NCBI GenBank assembly: GCA_045546695.1
Contig: JAZQDE010000052.1
Location: forward strand, 797 to 64,796
Direction of reading: 5' to 3'
Source of the DNA: Clostridia bacterium
Lineage (GTDB): Bacteria; Bacillota; Clostridia; UBA1212; UBA1255
Length of the DNA: 64,000 bases
The position numbers were made by a program, and so were the translations under genes. Positions 11,631-20,988 of this stretch are shown here, one piece after another (the stretch's first letter is position 1; every line of letters begins with the position of its first letter). The notes beneath the pieces were generated by a model. It was not told the DNA's origin and made no database searches. It was given only the letters and a program-made list of their open reading frames with translations.

Positions 11631-13112
11631 ATGAAAAATCCTAACGTTATTAATATTGACTTAGCCACCGATATTGCCACCGCAAAATTGCGCGCAAATT
11701 ACGGCAACCCCGCTACAGGCTATTTAGAACCCCAAGCAGACGAGCTTCGTGCTAAAATTTTGAACTCTCCGAATACCGAAGAAATTTACGAAATAAAGGG
11801 GACTAAATACTATGTTTCGGCTAACGGTAACGACGAAAATGATGGTCTTTCTCCTGAAAAGGCAATTTGCTCGATTGATGCCATTGAAAAGCTTCCTTTA
11901 AAGGAAGGTGACGCCGTGCTTTTCGAACGCGGAAGCATTTTCCGTTTTGGTCGCACACTTAATACCACAAACGGTGTTACCTACGGCTCTTACGGCGAAG
12001 GTATGAAGCCTAAGATTTTCGGCTCGCCCGAAAATTATGCCGAAAATGACAGTTGGGTAGAAGTTAAGCCAAACATTTGGCAAATTGCTTTCGATTACCC
12101 TTATGCCAGTGGTTGTATACTTGACTATGGTATGGTTGCAGGCATTCAAAAGTGGAAGGGTATAGACACAATGGAAGCAAACGGCGACTACTACCACGAC
12201 CTTGAAAGCAAGGTTTTCCACCTTTACTGCGACCAAGGCAAGCCTAGTGAAGTTTACCACGATATTGAAATTATGCCCACCGTTTATCTTTTCTTTATGC
12301 GCGGTGCCGAAAACAATATAGTTGATAACATTTGCTTTAAATATACTTCTGCTTTCGCTATTTTTGCACCCGATGCCAAAAGCAACGTTACCATTACAAA
12401 CTGCGAAATTGGTTACATCGGCGGCCTTTGGGTAGGCGGTAAAATCGGTCGGCTTCGCTACGGTAACGCTATCGAAATTTGGGCAGGTATCCCCGGTCTT
12501 GTAATTGAAAACGTTATGGTTAAAAACAACTGGTTCTACCAGACCTATGATAGCGCTCTCACCTGGCAGGGCGACCAAAAGGGTACTGTTTATAGAGACA
12601 TCACATATACCGAAAACCTTTTTGAATATAACAATGCCGATATTGAATTTTTTGACCAAGATACCTCTGTGCTTGAAAACTTCGTAATATCCAAAAACCT
12701 TATGCGCTTTACAAGTATGGGTTGGGGCACCCGCACAAACGACGGTGGTATCCGTGGTATTGAAGGCTGCATCCGTGCTGTTACAGGCAGTTACAGAAAG
12801 AAGGATGACAATTGGGTTAAGAGTGAAATGGACGTTAAAAGTGCATACTTCACCGATAACACTATGGACTCCCCCGCACGCCAAATCATTAACTGGAACG
12901 TTATCCCCCGCCAAAAAGCAAACATTCACGCTTCGGGCAGTACAATCTACGTTAAAAGCGAGTATCGCACCCTTGTTCCCTGTCTTCAAGGCTTGCAGGA
13001 AAATATGTATGACGAGCATTACAACATCCGCTTTGCCGATAACAAGCAAGAGTTAGAAGAAATGCTCCAAAAATTTGAAAAAGGCGCCAAAATTTATTGG
13101 GACGGCGAATAA
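11631..13112 (+). CDS. Right-handed parallel beta-helix (pectin-lyase-like) protein, no signal peptide
   Basis: YYVSANGNDENDGLSPEKA, GDAVLFERGS, ITNCEIGYIGG, GNAIEIW, VKNNWFYQTYD and YTENLFEYN repeats; RBS AAGGAAGG before the ATG at 11631. Confidence 0.75.
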   Translation: MKNPNVINIDLATDIATAKLRANYGNPATGYLEPQADELRAKILNSPNTEEIYEIKGTKYYVSANGNDENDGLSPEKAICSIDAIEKLPLKEGDAVLFERGSIFRFGRTLNTTNGVTYGSYGEGMKPKIFGSPENYAENDSWVEVKPNIWQIAFDYPYASGCILDYGMVAGIQKWKGIDTMEANGDYYHDLESKVFHLYCDQGKPSEVYHDIEIMPTVYLFFMRGAENNIVDNICFKYTSAFAIFAPDAKSNVTITNCEIGYIGGLWVGGKIGRLRYGNAIEIWAGIPGLVIENVMVKNNWFYQTYDSALTWQGDQKGTVYRDITYTENLFEYNNADIEFFDQDTSVLENFVISKNLMRFTSMGWGTRTNDGGIRGIEGCIRAVTGSYRKKDDNWVKSEMDVKSAYFTDNTMDSPARQIINWNVIPRQKANIHASGSTIYVKSEYRTLVPCLQGLQENMYDEHYNIRFADNKQELEEMLQKFEKGAKIYWDGE

Positions 13113-13117
13113 AATGC

Positions 13118-13144
13118 AAAAAGACCGCTTCGGCGGTCTTTTTT
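13118..13144 (+). terminator. Intrinsic terminator of the cassette gene
   Basis: AAAAAGACCGC-TTCG-GCGGTCTTTTTT. Confidence 0.9.
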
Positions 13145-13284
13145 GAAGTAATAAGTAATATGGTTTTTTATTTTCCAATTTAAAGATAACATAAGAAATG
13201 GAACTTCGCTATTTTTTTCAATGTTCGATGTAACACATGTATTGTAAACCTACAAAACTATAATCATGCCCGCAAATCCTGTAC

Positions 13285-13314
13285 TTGACTTTCCCCCTAT
13301 CAAAATGGTAGTAT
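13285..13314 (+). promoter_or_regulatory. Promoter of the pyr operon
   Basis: TTGACT-18 bp-TAGTAT with an extended -10 TG; RBS GGGAG at 13341. Confidence 0.6.
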
Positions 13315-13353
13315 AGCCAATTGGAAAATCAAATATCAACGGGAGTTATTTTA

Positions 13354-14478
13354 ATGGAACAACATACAAATTATAACAGTTTACATAAAGACGAACTATA
13401 CAAGGGACGCTTGCCCCAAGATATTCTTTCCAATCCCAATTATTCAATTTTTCCGGGTTTTATTGATGTTCACGTACATCTTAGGGAGCCCGGTTTTTCA
13501 TATAAAGAAACAATTGCAACAGGTACACGGGCAGCACTTGCCGGCGGATACAGCGGTGTAGCTTCGATGCCGAATCTTAACCCAGTCCCAGACAGCATTG
13601 ATAACCTAAACGTTCAACTCGATATTATAAAAAAAGATGCACTTACTCAGGTATATCCTTTTGCATCAATTACAAAAGGACAAAAGGGGCTTGAGCTTTC
13701 TGATGTTGGCGGTTTACATAATATGGTAATCGGTTTTTCAGATGACGGCAGAGGCGTACAGAGCGACGATATGATGGAAAAAGCTATGAAAGAAGTCAAG
13801 AAATACGACTCAATTATCGCAGCTCACTGTGAAGTAGATAGCCTTGCCCCCACCCCAGAGAGCGAATATCTGCAGCTTGAGCGCGACCTTAAATTAGTAA
13901 ATACAATAAATGTCAGATATCATATGTGCCATTGCTCAACCAAAGAGTCTGTTAACCTCATAAGACAGGCAAAAGCTGCCGGACTTCCCGTAACGTGCGA
14001 AACTGCCCCACACTACCTGATTTTCACGGAAAAAGACGTACAAGACAGCGGAAACTACAAAATGAACCCGCCTATCCGTACGCAAAAAGATAAAGAAGCG
14101 CTTATTGAAGCCATCTGCGACGGAACAATTGATATGATTGCCACAGACCACGCTCCTCATAGCAAGGAAGAAAAATCAAAAGGTTTCGCAGGCAGTCTGA
14201 ACGGCATAGTCGGACTCGAAACGGCTTTCCCGCTGCTTTATACGCACCTCGTAAAGACTCAAGTGATTACACTTGACAAGCTTATCCAATTAATGTCAAT
14301 CAATCCGCGCGAAGTATTCCGCATCAAAAACGACGGACTGTGCGCATTTGACCTGAATCAGAAGTATACAATCAACCCTGATGCCTTTATGACAATGGGC
14401 AGAAGCTGCCCGTACGGAGGCATGGAAGTATATGGCAAACATATAGCAACATCTGTAAAAGGAGCGACCAATGAATAA
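13354..14478 (+). CDS. pyrC: Dihydroorotase (type I, compact)
   Basis: PGFIDVHVHLREPG, MPNLNP, FSDDG, HCE, YHMCHCST, KMNPPIR and ATDHAPH; ATG at 13354 follows RBS GGGAG. Confidence 0.93.
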   Translation: MEQHTNYNSLHKDELYKGRLPQDILSNPNYSIFPGFIDVHVHLREPGFSYKETIATGTRAALAGGYSGVASMPNLNPVPDSIDNLNVQLDIIKKDALTQVYPFASITKGQKGLELSDVGGLHNMVIGFSDDGRGVQSDDMMEKAMKEVKKYDSIIAAHCEVDSLAPTPESEYLQLERDLKLVNTINVRYHMCHCSTKESVNLIRQAKAAGLPVTCETAPHYLIFTEKDVQDSGNYKMNPPIRTQKDKEALIEAICDGTIDMIATDHAPHSKEEKSKGFAGSLNGIVGLETAFPLLYTHLVKTQVITLDKLIQLMSINPREVFRIKNDGLCAFDLNQKYTINPDAFMTMGRSCPYGGMEVYGKHIATSVKGATNE

Positions 14479-15208
14479 TTACACCGTAAAAAGCAATGTA
14501 AATATCGCAAAAGACGTTTACAAAATGATATTAGAAGGCGACGTTTCAAAAATCACCTCGCCCGGCCAGTTTATAAACATCACAATCGACGGTCTGTATT
14601 TAAGACGCCCGATTTCCGTATGTGATATCGGTGAAAATACGATAACTATCATCTACAAAGTTGTCGGCGAAGGCACAGCGAAAATGAGCGGTATGAAAGA
14701 AGGCACAGTACTTGACTGCCTGACAGGACTTGGAAACGGTTTTGGCACACAAATCAAACCGGACTGCAACAAACCTCTGCTCATCGGCGGCGGAGTGGGC
14801 ACTCCCCCTTTATACATGCTTGCAAAAAAACTTCTTAAAGAAGGCAAGCAGCCAAAAGTAATTCTCGGATTTGCATCAAAAGACGACTGTTTCTACGAAG
14901 AAGAATATAAAGCGCTCGGCCTTGAAGTTGAAGTTATGACTGCTGACAGCAGCTACGGTGGCAAGGGTTTTGTAACGAACGCAAAGCTTTTCACGGATAA
15001 AGATTATGACTACATTTATACATGTGGACCGATACCGATGCTCAAGGCAATTTATGACAATTCAGAAGTGTCCGGCCAGTTCTCTTTCGAAGAGCGTATG
15101 GGATGCGGCTTCGGCGCCTGCATGGGATGCTCATGCAAGACAAAATACGGAAACAAACGCATCTGCAAAGACGGCCCTGTGCTGGTTAAGGAGGAAATAA
15201 TATGGTAA
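14471..15208 (+). CDS. pyrK: Dihydroorotate dehydrogenase B electron-transfer subunit
   Basis: PGQFINI, LRRPISV, IGGGVGTPP and EERMGCGFGACMGC...CKDGPV. Confidence 0.95.
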   Translation: MNNYTVKSNVNIAKDVYKMILEGDVSKITSPGQFINITIDGLYLRRPISVCDIGENTITIIYKVVGEGTAKMSGMKEGTVLDCLTGLGNGFGTQIKPDCNKPLLIGGGVGTPPLYMLAKKLLKEGKQPKVILGFASKDDCFYEEEYKALGLEVEVMTADSSYGGKGFVTNAKLFTDKDYDYIYTCGPIPMLKAIYDNSEVSGQFSFEERMGCGFGACMGCSCKTKYGNKRICKDGPVLVKEEIIW

Positions 15209-16113
15209 ATACTAAAGTAAACCTGTGCGGCATAACGATAGACAACCCGATAATACCCGCCAGCGGATGTTTCGGCTACGGAAAAGAATTTTCAGAATTC
15301 TACGACATAAATATGCTCGGCACGTTCTCCTTCAAGGGCACGACTAAGGAGCCAAGATTTGGTAACCCTACTCCCCGTATTGCGGAGACTCCGTCAGGAA
15401 TGATTAATTCAGTCGGCCTCCAGAATCCGGGCGTTGACACAGTAATCAGCCGCGAACTTAAAGAAATGCCTGAATACTTCAATAAAAAGGTAATAGCAAA
15501 CATCAGTGGCTTTTCACAGGAAGAATATGTATATTGCGTAGAGCGCATAAGCCGCGAAGATCAGGTAGGCTGGGTTGAGGTAAATATCAGCTGCCCTAAT
15601 GTTCACGGCGGCGGTATGAGCTTCGGCGTAAACCCCGACAGCGCATACGAAATAACAAAAGCAGTCAAAGAAGTTTCAACAAAGCCTGTTATTATCAAGC
15701 TGTCACCTAACGTTACAGACATCGCAGCGATCGCAAAAGCATGCGAAGACGGTGGTGCGGACGGCATATCATTAATAAATACAATTCTTTCAATGAGAAT
15801 TGACATCGCAAAGAGAAAACCAATTCTTGCCAATACATTCGGCGGCCTGTCAGGAAGCTGCGTGCTGCCTGTTGCGCTCAGAATGGTTTATCAGGTATAT
15901 AACGCGGTAAAAATTCCAATTATTGGCATGGGCGGCGTTACGACAGCAAAAGATGTTTTAGAAATGATGCTTGCAGGTGCGACGGCAGTTCAGGTCGGCG
16001 CAGCAAACCTGATTAATCCCTATGCCTGCAAGGAAATAATCGAAGAATTACCAATTCTTATGGAAAAATATAAAATCAACAGTTTAGAAGACATTATAGG
16101 AGGAGCACACTAA
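15202..16113 (+). CDS. pyrD: Dihydroorotate dehydrogenase B catalytic subunit
   Basis: ASGCFG, KGTT, NSVGLQNPG, EVNISCPN, KLSPNVT, LINT and GGLSG. Confidence 0.95.
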   Translation: MVNTKVNLCGITIDNPIIPASGCFGYGKEFSEFYDINMLGTFSFKGTTKEPRFGNPTPRIAETPSGMINSVGLQNPGVDTVISRELKEMPEYFNKKVIANISGFSQEEYVYCVERISREDQVGWVEVNISCPNVHGGGMSFGVNPDSAYEITKAVKEVSTKPVIIKLSPNVTDIAAIAKACEDGGADGISLINTILSMRIDIAKRKPILANTFGGLSGSCVLPVALRMVYQVYNAVKIPIIGMGGVTTAKDVLEMMLAGATAVQVGAANLINPYACKEIIEELPILMEKYKINSLEDIIGGAH

Positions 16114-16808
16114 TGGGAAAAGATGTAATTATCGCCTGCGACTTTGCGTCAAAAAAAGACACACTTGAGTTTCTGGACAAATTTACTGATGTAAAGCCTT
16201 TCGTTAAAATCGGAATGGAACTTTATTATGCAGAAGGTCCTGATATTGTAAGAGAAATCAAAGCAAGAGGACACAAGATTTTCCTCGACCTTAAGATGCA
16301 TGATATACCAAATACTGTAAAAAAAGCTATGCGCTCTATCGCATCATTCGGTGTTGATATGACAAACGTACACGCAGGTGGCGGCATCGCAATGATGCAG
16401 GCTGCTATGGAAGGTCTGGACGGCAAAGCTATTCTGATTGCCGTGACACAGCTTACTTCAACAAGCGCCGAGACACTCAAAAATGAGCTCCTTATCGATG
16501 CTTCAATGAACGACACAATTCTCACCTACGCAATCAACGCCAGCAAAGCAGGACTCGGCGGCGTAGTATGCTCACCACTTGAGAGCACAATGATTCACGA
16601 ACATTTCACAAAGGAAAACATTCCTTTTATAACAGTTACACCGGGAATCCGTTTCGCAGACAGCAGCAAAGATGACCAGTCACGCATCACAACACCTGCC
16701 GTTGCAAAAGAAATGGGTTCAGATTACATCGTAGTCGGCAGGCCGATTACTCAGGCACAAGACCCTGTCGCAGCTTACAAAAGATGCGTAGCAGAATTTG
16801 TAGATTAA
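16113..16808 (+). CDS. pyrF: Orotidine-5'-phosphate decarboxylase
   Basis: FLDLKMHDIPNT, AVTQLTS, VTPGIR and VVGRPIT. Confidence 0.96.
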   Translation: MGKDVIIACDFASKKDTLEFLDKFTDVKPFVKIGMELYYAEGPDIVREIKARGHKIFLDLKMHDIPNTVKKAMRSIASFGVDMTNVHAGGGIAMMQAAMEGLDGKAILIAVTQLTSTSAETLKNELLIDASMNDTILTYAINASKAGLGGVVCSPLESTMIHEHFTKENIPFITVTPGIRFADSSKDDQSRITTPAVAKEMGSDYIVVGRPITQAQDPVAAYKRCVAEFVD

Positions 16809-16823
16809 TGGAGGATTTTCACA

Positions 16824-17462
16824 ATGAAAGAACAAATTGCACTTGACTTATTAACTATCGGCGCCGTTTTCCTGCGCCCTGACCAGCCTTTCACATGGGC
16901 AAGCGGCATTAAAAGCCCTATTTACTGCGACAACCGTCTCACGCTCACCTCTCCTGAGGTACGCACACACGTAGAGACAGGCCTGGCTCAGCTTATCCGT
17001 GAAAATTATCCTGAAGCAGAAGTCCTCATGGGCACTTCTACAGCAGGCATCGCACACGCTGCAATCACAGCACACATGATGAACCTTCCCATGGGTTACG
17101 TTCGCTCCGGCGCAAAAGACCATGGCAGAAATAACCAGATAGAGGGAAAACTCCTCCCCGGCCAGAAGGTTGTAGTTGTTGAAGATCTCATCTCAACAGC
17201 CGGCAGTTGCATCGATGTTGTAGAGATTTTAAGAGAAGCCGGCGCCGAAGTGCTCGGTATCGTAAGCATCGTAACGTACGGCCTTAAGAAAGGCATTGAG
17301 CGTCTTGAAAAAGCTAATGTAAAGAATATCAGCTTGACAAACTTTGATACAATTGCAAAAGTTGCAGCTGACAAAGGCTTCATCGCACAAGACGACATTG
17401 CAAGAGTAATCGCCTTCCGCAACAACCCTTCAGATGAAAGCTGGATGAGAGGTAATAACTAA
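16824..17462 (+). CDS. pyrE: Orotate phosphoribosyltransferase
   Basis: [14 protein letters not shown] and [13 protein letters not shown]. Confidence 0.96.
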   Translation: MKEQIALDLLTIGAVFLRPDQPFTWASGIKSPIYCDNRLTLTSPEVRTHVETGLAQLIRENYPEAEVLMGTSTAGIAHAAITAHMMNLPMGYVRSGAKDHGRNNQIEGKLLPGQKVVVVEDLISTAGSCIDVVEILREAGAEVLGIVSIVTYGLKKGIERLEKANVKNISLTNFDTIAKVAADKGFIAQDDIARVIAFRNNPSDESWMRGNN

Positions 17463-18379
17463 TGAGACACGTACTTGATATTACAGATTTATCAGTTAGC
17501 GAGATAGAAGAGCTCATTAATGTAGCACAGGATATTATTGCAAATCCGGATGACTACCGCGAAGTGTGTAAACATAAAAAGCTTGCCACCCTTTTCTTCG
17601 AGCCAAGCACAAGAACACGCCTTAGTTTTGAAGCTGCAATGTTAGACCTCGGCGGAAACGTACTTGGTTTCTCATCTGCCAACTCTTCCTCCTCTGCCAA
17701 AGGCGAGAGTGTTGCAGATACAGTACAGACAGTAAGCTACTACGCAGACATCATCGCTATGCGCCATCCAAAAGAAGGCGCTCCGCTGGCTGCTTCTTAC
17801 GTTTCAAACGCACCGATTATAAATGCGGGCGACGGCGGTCACTGCCACCCGACACAGACGCTGACTGACCTACTTACTATCTACCGTGAAAAAGGCCACC
17901 TCAGCAATATGACGATCGGTTTTTGCGGCGACCTCAAATTCGGCCGCACCGTACACTCACTTGTTACGGCTTTATCAAGATACGAAGGCTTTAAATTCGT
18001 ATTTATTTCACCGAGCGAGCTTATGATCCCCGGCTACGTAAAGGCAAACGTACTTGATAAAAACGGTCTTAGCTATATTGAAACAGAATCTCTTACAGAC
18101 GTAATGCCCGAGCTTGACATTCTCTACATGACAAGAGTACAGGGCGAGCGCTTTTTCAACGAAGAAGACTATATCAGACTCCGTGATAAATATATCCTCT
18201 CCCCTGACAAGCTTACGAATGCCAAGGATGATCTTGCAATCCTGCATCCCCTGCCGCGAGTAAACGAGATTGCCCGTTCAATCGACAAAGACCCGCGCGC
18301 ATGCTACTTCAAGCAGGTACAAAATGGTAAATTTATCAGAATGGCTCTCATAATGAAGCTTCTGGGCCTGAGCAAATAA
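17462..18379 (+). CDS. pyrB: Aspartate carbamoyltransferase catalytic subunit
   Basis: [34 protein letters not shown] and [10 protein letters not shown]. Confidence 0.97.
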   Translation: MRHVLDITDLSVSEIEELINVAQDIIANPDDYREVCKHKKLATLFFEPSTRTRLSFEAAMLDLGGNVLGFSSANSSSSAKGESVADTVQTVSYYADIIAMRHPKEGAPLAASYVSNAPIINAGDGGHCHPTQTLTDLLTIYREKGHLSNMTIGFCGDLKFGRTVHSLVTALSRYEGFKFVFISPSELMIPGYVKANVLDKNGLSYIETESLTDVMPELDILYMTRVQGERFFNEEDYIRLRDKYILSPDKLTNAKDDLAILHPLPRVNEIARSIDKDPRACYFKQVQNGKFIRMALIMKLLGLSK

Positions 18380-18391
18380 GGAGGTATTGAA

Positions 18392-18820
18392 ATGATTGTT
18401 GACCAGATTGAAAACGGAATAGTATTGGACCACATCAAAGCCGGCTATAGCATGCTCATATACAGGTACCTCGGTCTTAACGACTTAGACTGCACAGTTG
18501 CCATAATCAAGAATGTAAAAAGCAGCAAAATGGGTAAAAAAGATATCATTAAAATCGACTCTATTATCGATATCAATTTTGACATTCTGGGCTATATTGA
18601 TGAAAATATCACTGTTAATGTTATCCGAGACGGCAAGCTCGTAAGCAAACAGCAGCTCGAGCTCCCCCAGACGCTTGTAAACGTTATCAAATGTAAAAAC
18701 CCAAGATGTATTACATCTACAGAGCAGGAGCTCGACCAGAGATTTATTCTTACGGATAAAGGTGAAAAGACGTACCGCTGCGCATATTGCGAGACAGAAT
18801 CTGACAGTCTGAAAATCTGA
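18392..18820 (+). CDS. pyrI: Aspartate carbamoyltransferase regulatory subunit
   Basis: GIVLDHIKAG, GKKDIIK, and Zn site KCKNPRCIT...YRCAYCE. Confidence 0.95.
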   Translation: MIVDQIENGIVLDHIKAGYSMLIYRYLGLNDLDCTVAIIKNVKSSKMGKKDIIKIDSIIDINFDILGYIDENITVNVIRDGKLVSKQQLELPQTLVNVIKCKNPRCITSTEQELDQRFILTDKGEKTYRCAYCETESDSLKI

Positions 18821-18822
18821 TT

Positions 18823-20583
18823 ATGACGATAAATGACACTTTTTACCAGCTCCCCCCCGGAGCTATAAAAACTACAGGAATTTTTGATGACCTTCTTACG
18901 CTTGTTTCAGAAAACACGCTTAAGAAGGTCAATTTTCGCACTTTAGCCGATTATTACAGAAATAAATCGGATCAATTTGCCACCGGCGAGTTCTGGGGAA
19001 AGCTGATGCGCGCCGGCTGCCTTACGTACAAATACAACCGCGACCCTGAACTCAAAGCAATTCTCGACGAAACAATCGCAGACATGCTCTCAATCCAGCT
19101 TCCAGATGGCTGTATCAGCACTGTTCCGCGTGAAAAGCAGCCCCAAGGTACGCATGGCTCTGATCTTTGGGAGCGCAAATATGCCCTGCTCGGCCTTCTT
19201 TCATATTATGAAATAACAGGCAGACAGGACGTACTTGCTGCCATCACCAAAGCGGCCGATTATACAATCGCCCAGGTAGGTAAGTCCCCTAAAACGCCGA
19301 TTACCGACACAGGCTGGGCTTTTTGTGGCATTGAATCCTCATCAATCTTAGAGCCGATTGTCAGAATTTACCATATCACAGGTGAAAAAAGATATCTTGA
19401 CTTTGCAACGTATATTGTAGAAAGCGGCGCGTGTAGTCGTGAAAATCTTTTTGAAAGTATCTACGCCGGCAAAGACCCAAAAGACATCGGCAACAACGGC
19501 ATACCGGAGCAAAGCATTGCCAAGGCATACGAAATGATGTCATGTTTTGAAGGCCTTATAGAATACTACCGCGCAACCGGCATAGAAAAGTGGAAAGAAA
19601 CAGCTCTTATTTTTTACAACAAGCTTTTGGAGCAAGAGATTACTCTGCTCGGTTCAGGTGGCGCAGATGCCCCGTACAACCTCGGCCCCGGCACGGGCGA
19701 GCAATGGAATTATACAAGGTATGAGCAGACAAATCCTGACATTACTCTTATGATGGAAACGTGCGTCACTGTTACGTGGATGAAGCTTTGTTATCAGCTT
19801 CTGCGCCTTACGGGTGATGCTACCATCGCCGACGAAATTGAGCGAAGCTGCTATAATATTTTAATCGGCGCAATCCGCCCCGACGGCAGATTTTTTGAAT
19901 ATTTTCCAAGATTTAACGGCATCAGGAATCCAAAAGTGAATTATAGCTTCAATATTGATGGTTTTGACCTGAGTTGTTGCACTGCAAACGGCCCCTCCGG
20001 CCTCGCACTCGTGCCTTTTACCGCTTACATGAACAGCAAAAACGGCCCCGTAATACAGTTTTACATTTCTGCAGAAGTTGATTTTGACCTCCCCTGTGCC
20101 GGTAGTGCAAGATTGAAGACTCAATCAGAATATCCGGCATCAGGCTGTTTTTCTGCCATTTTTTCACAGGTGAAAACAAGCCACCCCTTCTCAGTTCACC
20201 TGCGCGTCCCCGCCTGGTGTGACAGCTTCAACGTAAAAGTAAATGGTAAAAAATGTAATATAAAGACTTCGCCCGGATCGTATGCCGTAATTACCAATAA
20301 CTGGCAATCCGGCGACACAATTGAGGTAGACATGGAGCTTCCTGTCAGATTTTTTGACTCACCGCACGGCTCCAACAGACTCGGTGACAATCTTTTTGCA
20401 GTAATGCGCGGGCCCATTCTGCTCGCCCGCGACGCAAGACTTGCTGATTCTGACGACGTCAGGTGCATGGTTCGCACAAAAATAGTCACCGCAAGCGGTG
20501 ACTCGGTTGAAATGATTGATTATGCCTCCAGCGGCAGCACGTGGGATGAAAAATCAGAATTTGCGTGCTGGCTGAAGAAATAA
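18823..20583 (+). CDS. Glycoside hydrolase family 127 (beta-L-arabinofuranosidase-like, DUF1680), cytoplasmic
   Basis: GEFWGKLMR, KAYEMMSCFEG, GEQW, METCVTVTW, SCCTANG, LRVPAW and RGPILLA; the Glu/Cys catalytic set of GH127 is present. Confidence 0.85.
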   Translation: MTINDTFYQLPPGAIKTTGIFDDLLTLVSENTLKKVNFRTLADYYRNKSDQFATGEFWGKLMRAGCLTYKYNRDPELKAILDETIADMLSIQLPDGCISTVPREKQPQGTHGSDLWERKYALLGLLSYYEITGRQDVLAAITKAADYTIAQVGKSPKTPITDTGWAFCGIESSSILEPIVRIYHITGEKRYLDFATYIVESGACSRENLFESIYAGKDPKDIGNNGIPEQSIAKAYEMMSCFEGLIEYYRATGIEKWKETALIFYNKLLEQEITLLGSGGADAPYNLGPGTGEQWNYTRYEQTNPDITLMMETCVTVTWMKLCYQLLRLTGDATIADEIERSCYNILIGAIRPDGRFFEYFPRFNGIRNPKVNYSFNIDGFDLSCCTANGPSGLALVPFTAYMNSKNGPVIQFYISAEVDFDLPCAGSARLKTQSEYPASGCFSAIFSQVKTSHPFSVHLRVPAWCDSFNVKVNGKKCNIKTSPGSYAVITNNWQSGDTIEVDMELPVRFFDSPHGSNRLGDNLFAVMRGPILLARDARLADSDDVRCMVRTKIVTASGDSVEMIDYASSGSTWDEKSEFACWLKK

Positions 20584-20607
20584 CTACGCTGCGCGCATAT
20601 TAATCAT

Positions 20608-20910
20608 TTACACAACAATATCCGCATAACTTACAAGCTTTACATTACCAAGCCTGTTCGCTTCGTCAATACATCCCTTTGTAAAACCGGATTTAGAGAA
20701 CAGATACAGATGTACATTTTTGTAAGAAAATAATCTGCTACGCCTTTGAAGTGTCTCTAAGACGTTTAAATCGACCTTTTCATTCGTCCATTTACATTCC
20801 GCAAAAAGGGCGGTATCCTTGTCCTGTTCACCCATAATGTCAATCTCAGTCTGACATTTCTCGATATGATCGTTTCCCCACCAACGACCGAGGGATATAA
20901 ATTCTACTAA
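20608..20910 (-). pseudogene. 3' remnant of an archaeal-type ATPase/DUF234 PD-(D/E)xK protein
   Basis: LGRWWGND...EIDI...FAECKWTNEKVD...LYLFSKSGF matches the C-terminal end of this family. The N-terminal ATPase part, promoter and RBS are absent. Confidence 0.72.
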
Positions 20911-20914
20911 TTTA

Positions 20915-20957
20915 AAAATAGTCAAGTACGATTCGGCAAATCTAACTTGACTATTTT
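20915..20957. terminator. Hairpin terminator of the infC-rpmI-rplT-trmH transcript, possibly bidirectional
   Basis: AAAATAGTCAAGT...ACTTGACTATTTT, a 13-bp perfect inverted repeat. Confidence 0.75.
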
Positions 20958-20988
20958 GAAAATAATATTTTCTTGGTTGCTTGTATTT

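Larger units (their letters stand above)
11516..13279. mobile_element. Putative non-autonomous inserted gene cassette (direct repeat, inverted repeat, gene, inverted repeat, direct repeat); no transposase
   Basis: 24-bp direct repeat AACTATAATC(C/A)TGCCCGCAAATCC at 11516-11539 and 13256-13279. Perfect 10-bp inverted repeats TTGTAGGTTT (11540-11549) and AAACCTACAA (13246-13255) abut the repeats on the inside. Confidence 0.7.

Noticed and set aside
11898-13049. 383-aa ORF antisense to the beta-helix gene
   Set aside because: It is fully nested on the opposite strand, with no RBS or promoter and no recognisable motifs. It is best explained as a codon-bias shadow of the real gene.
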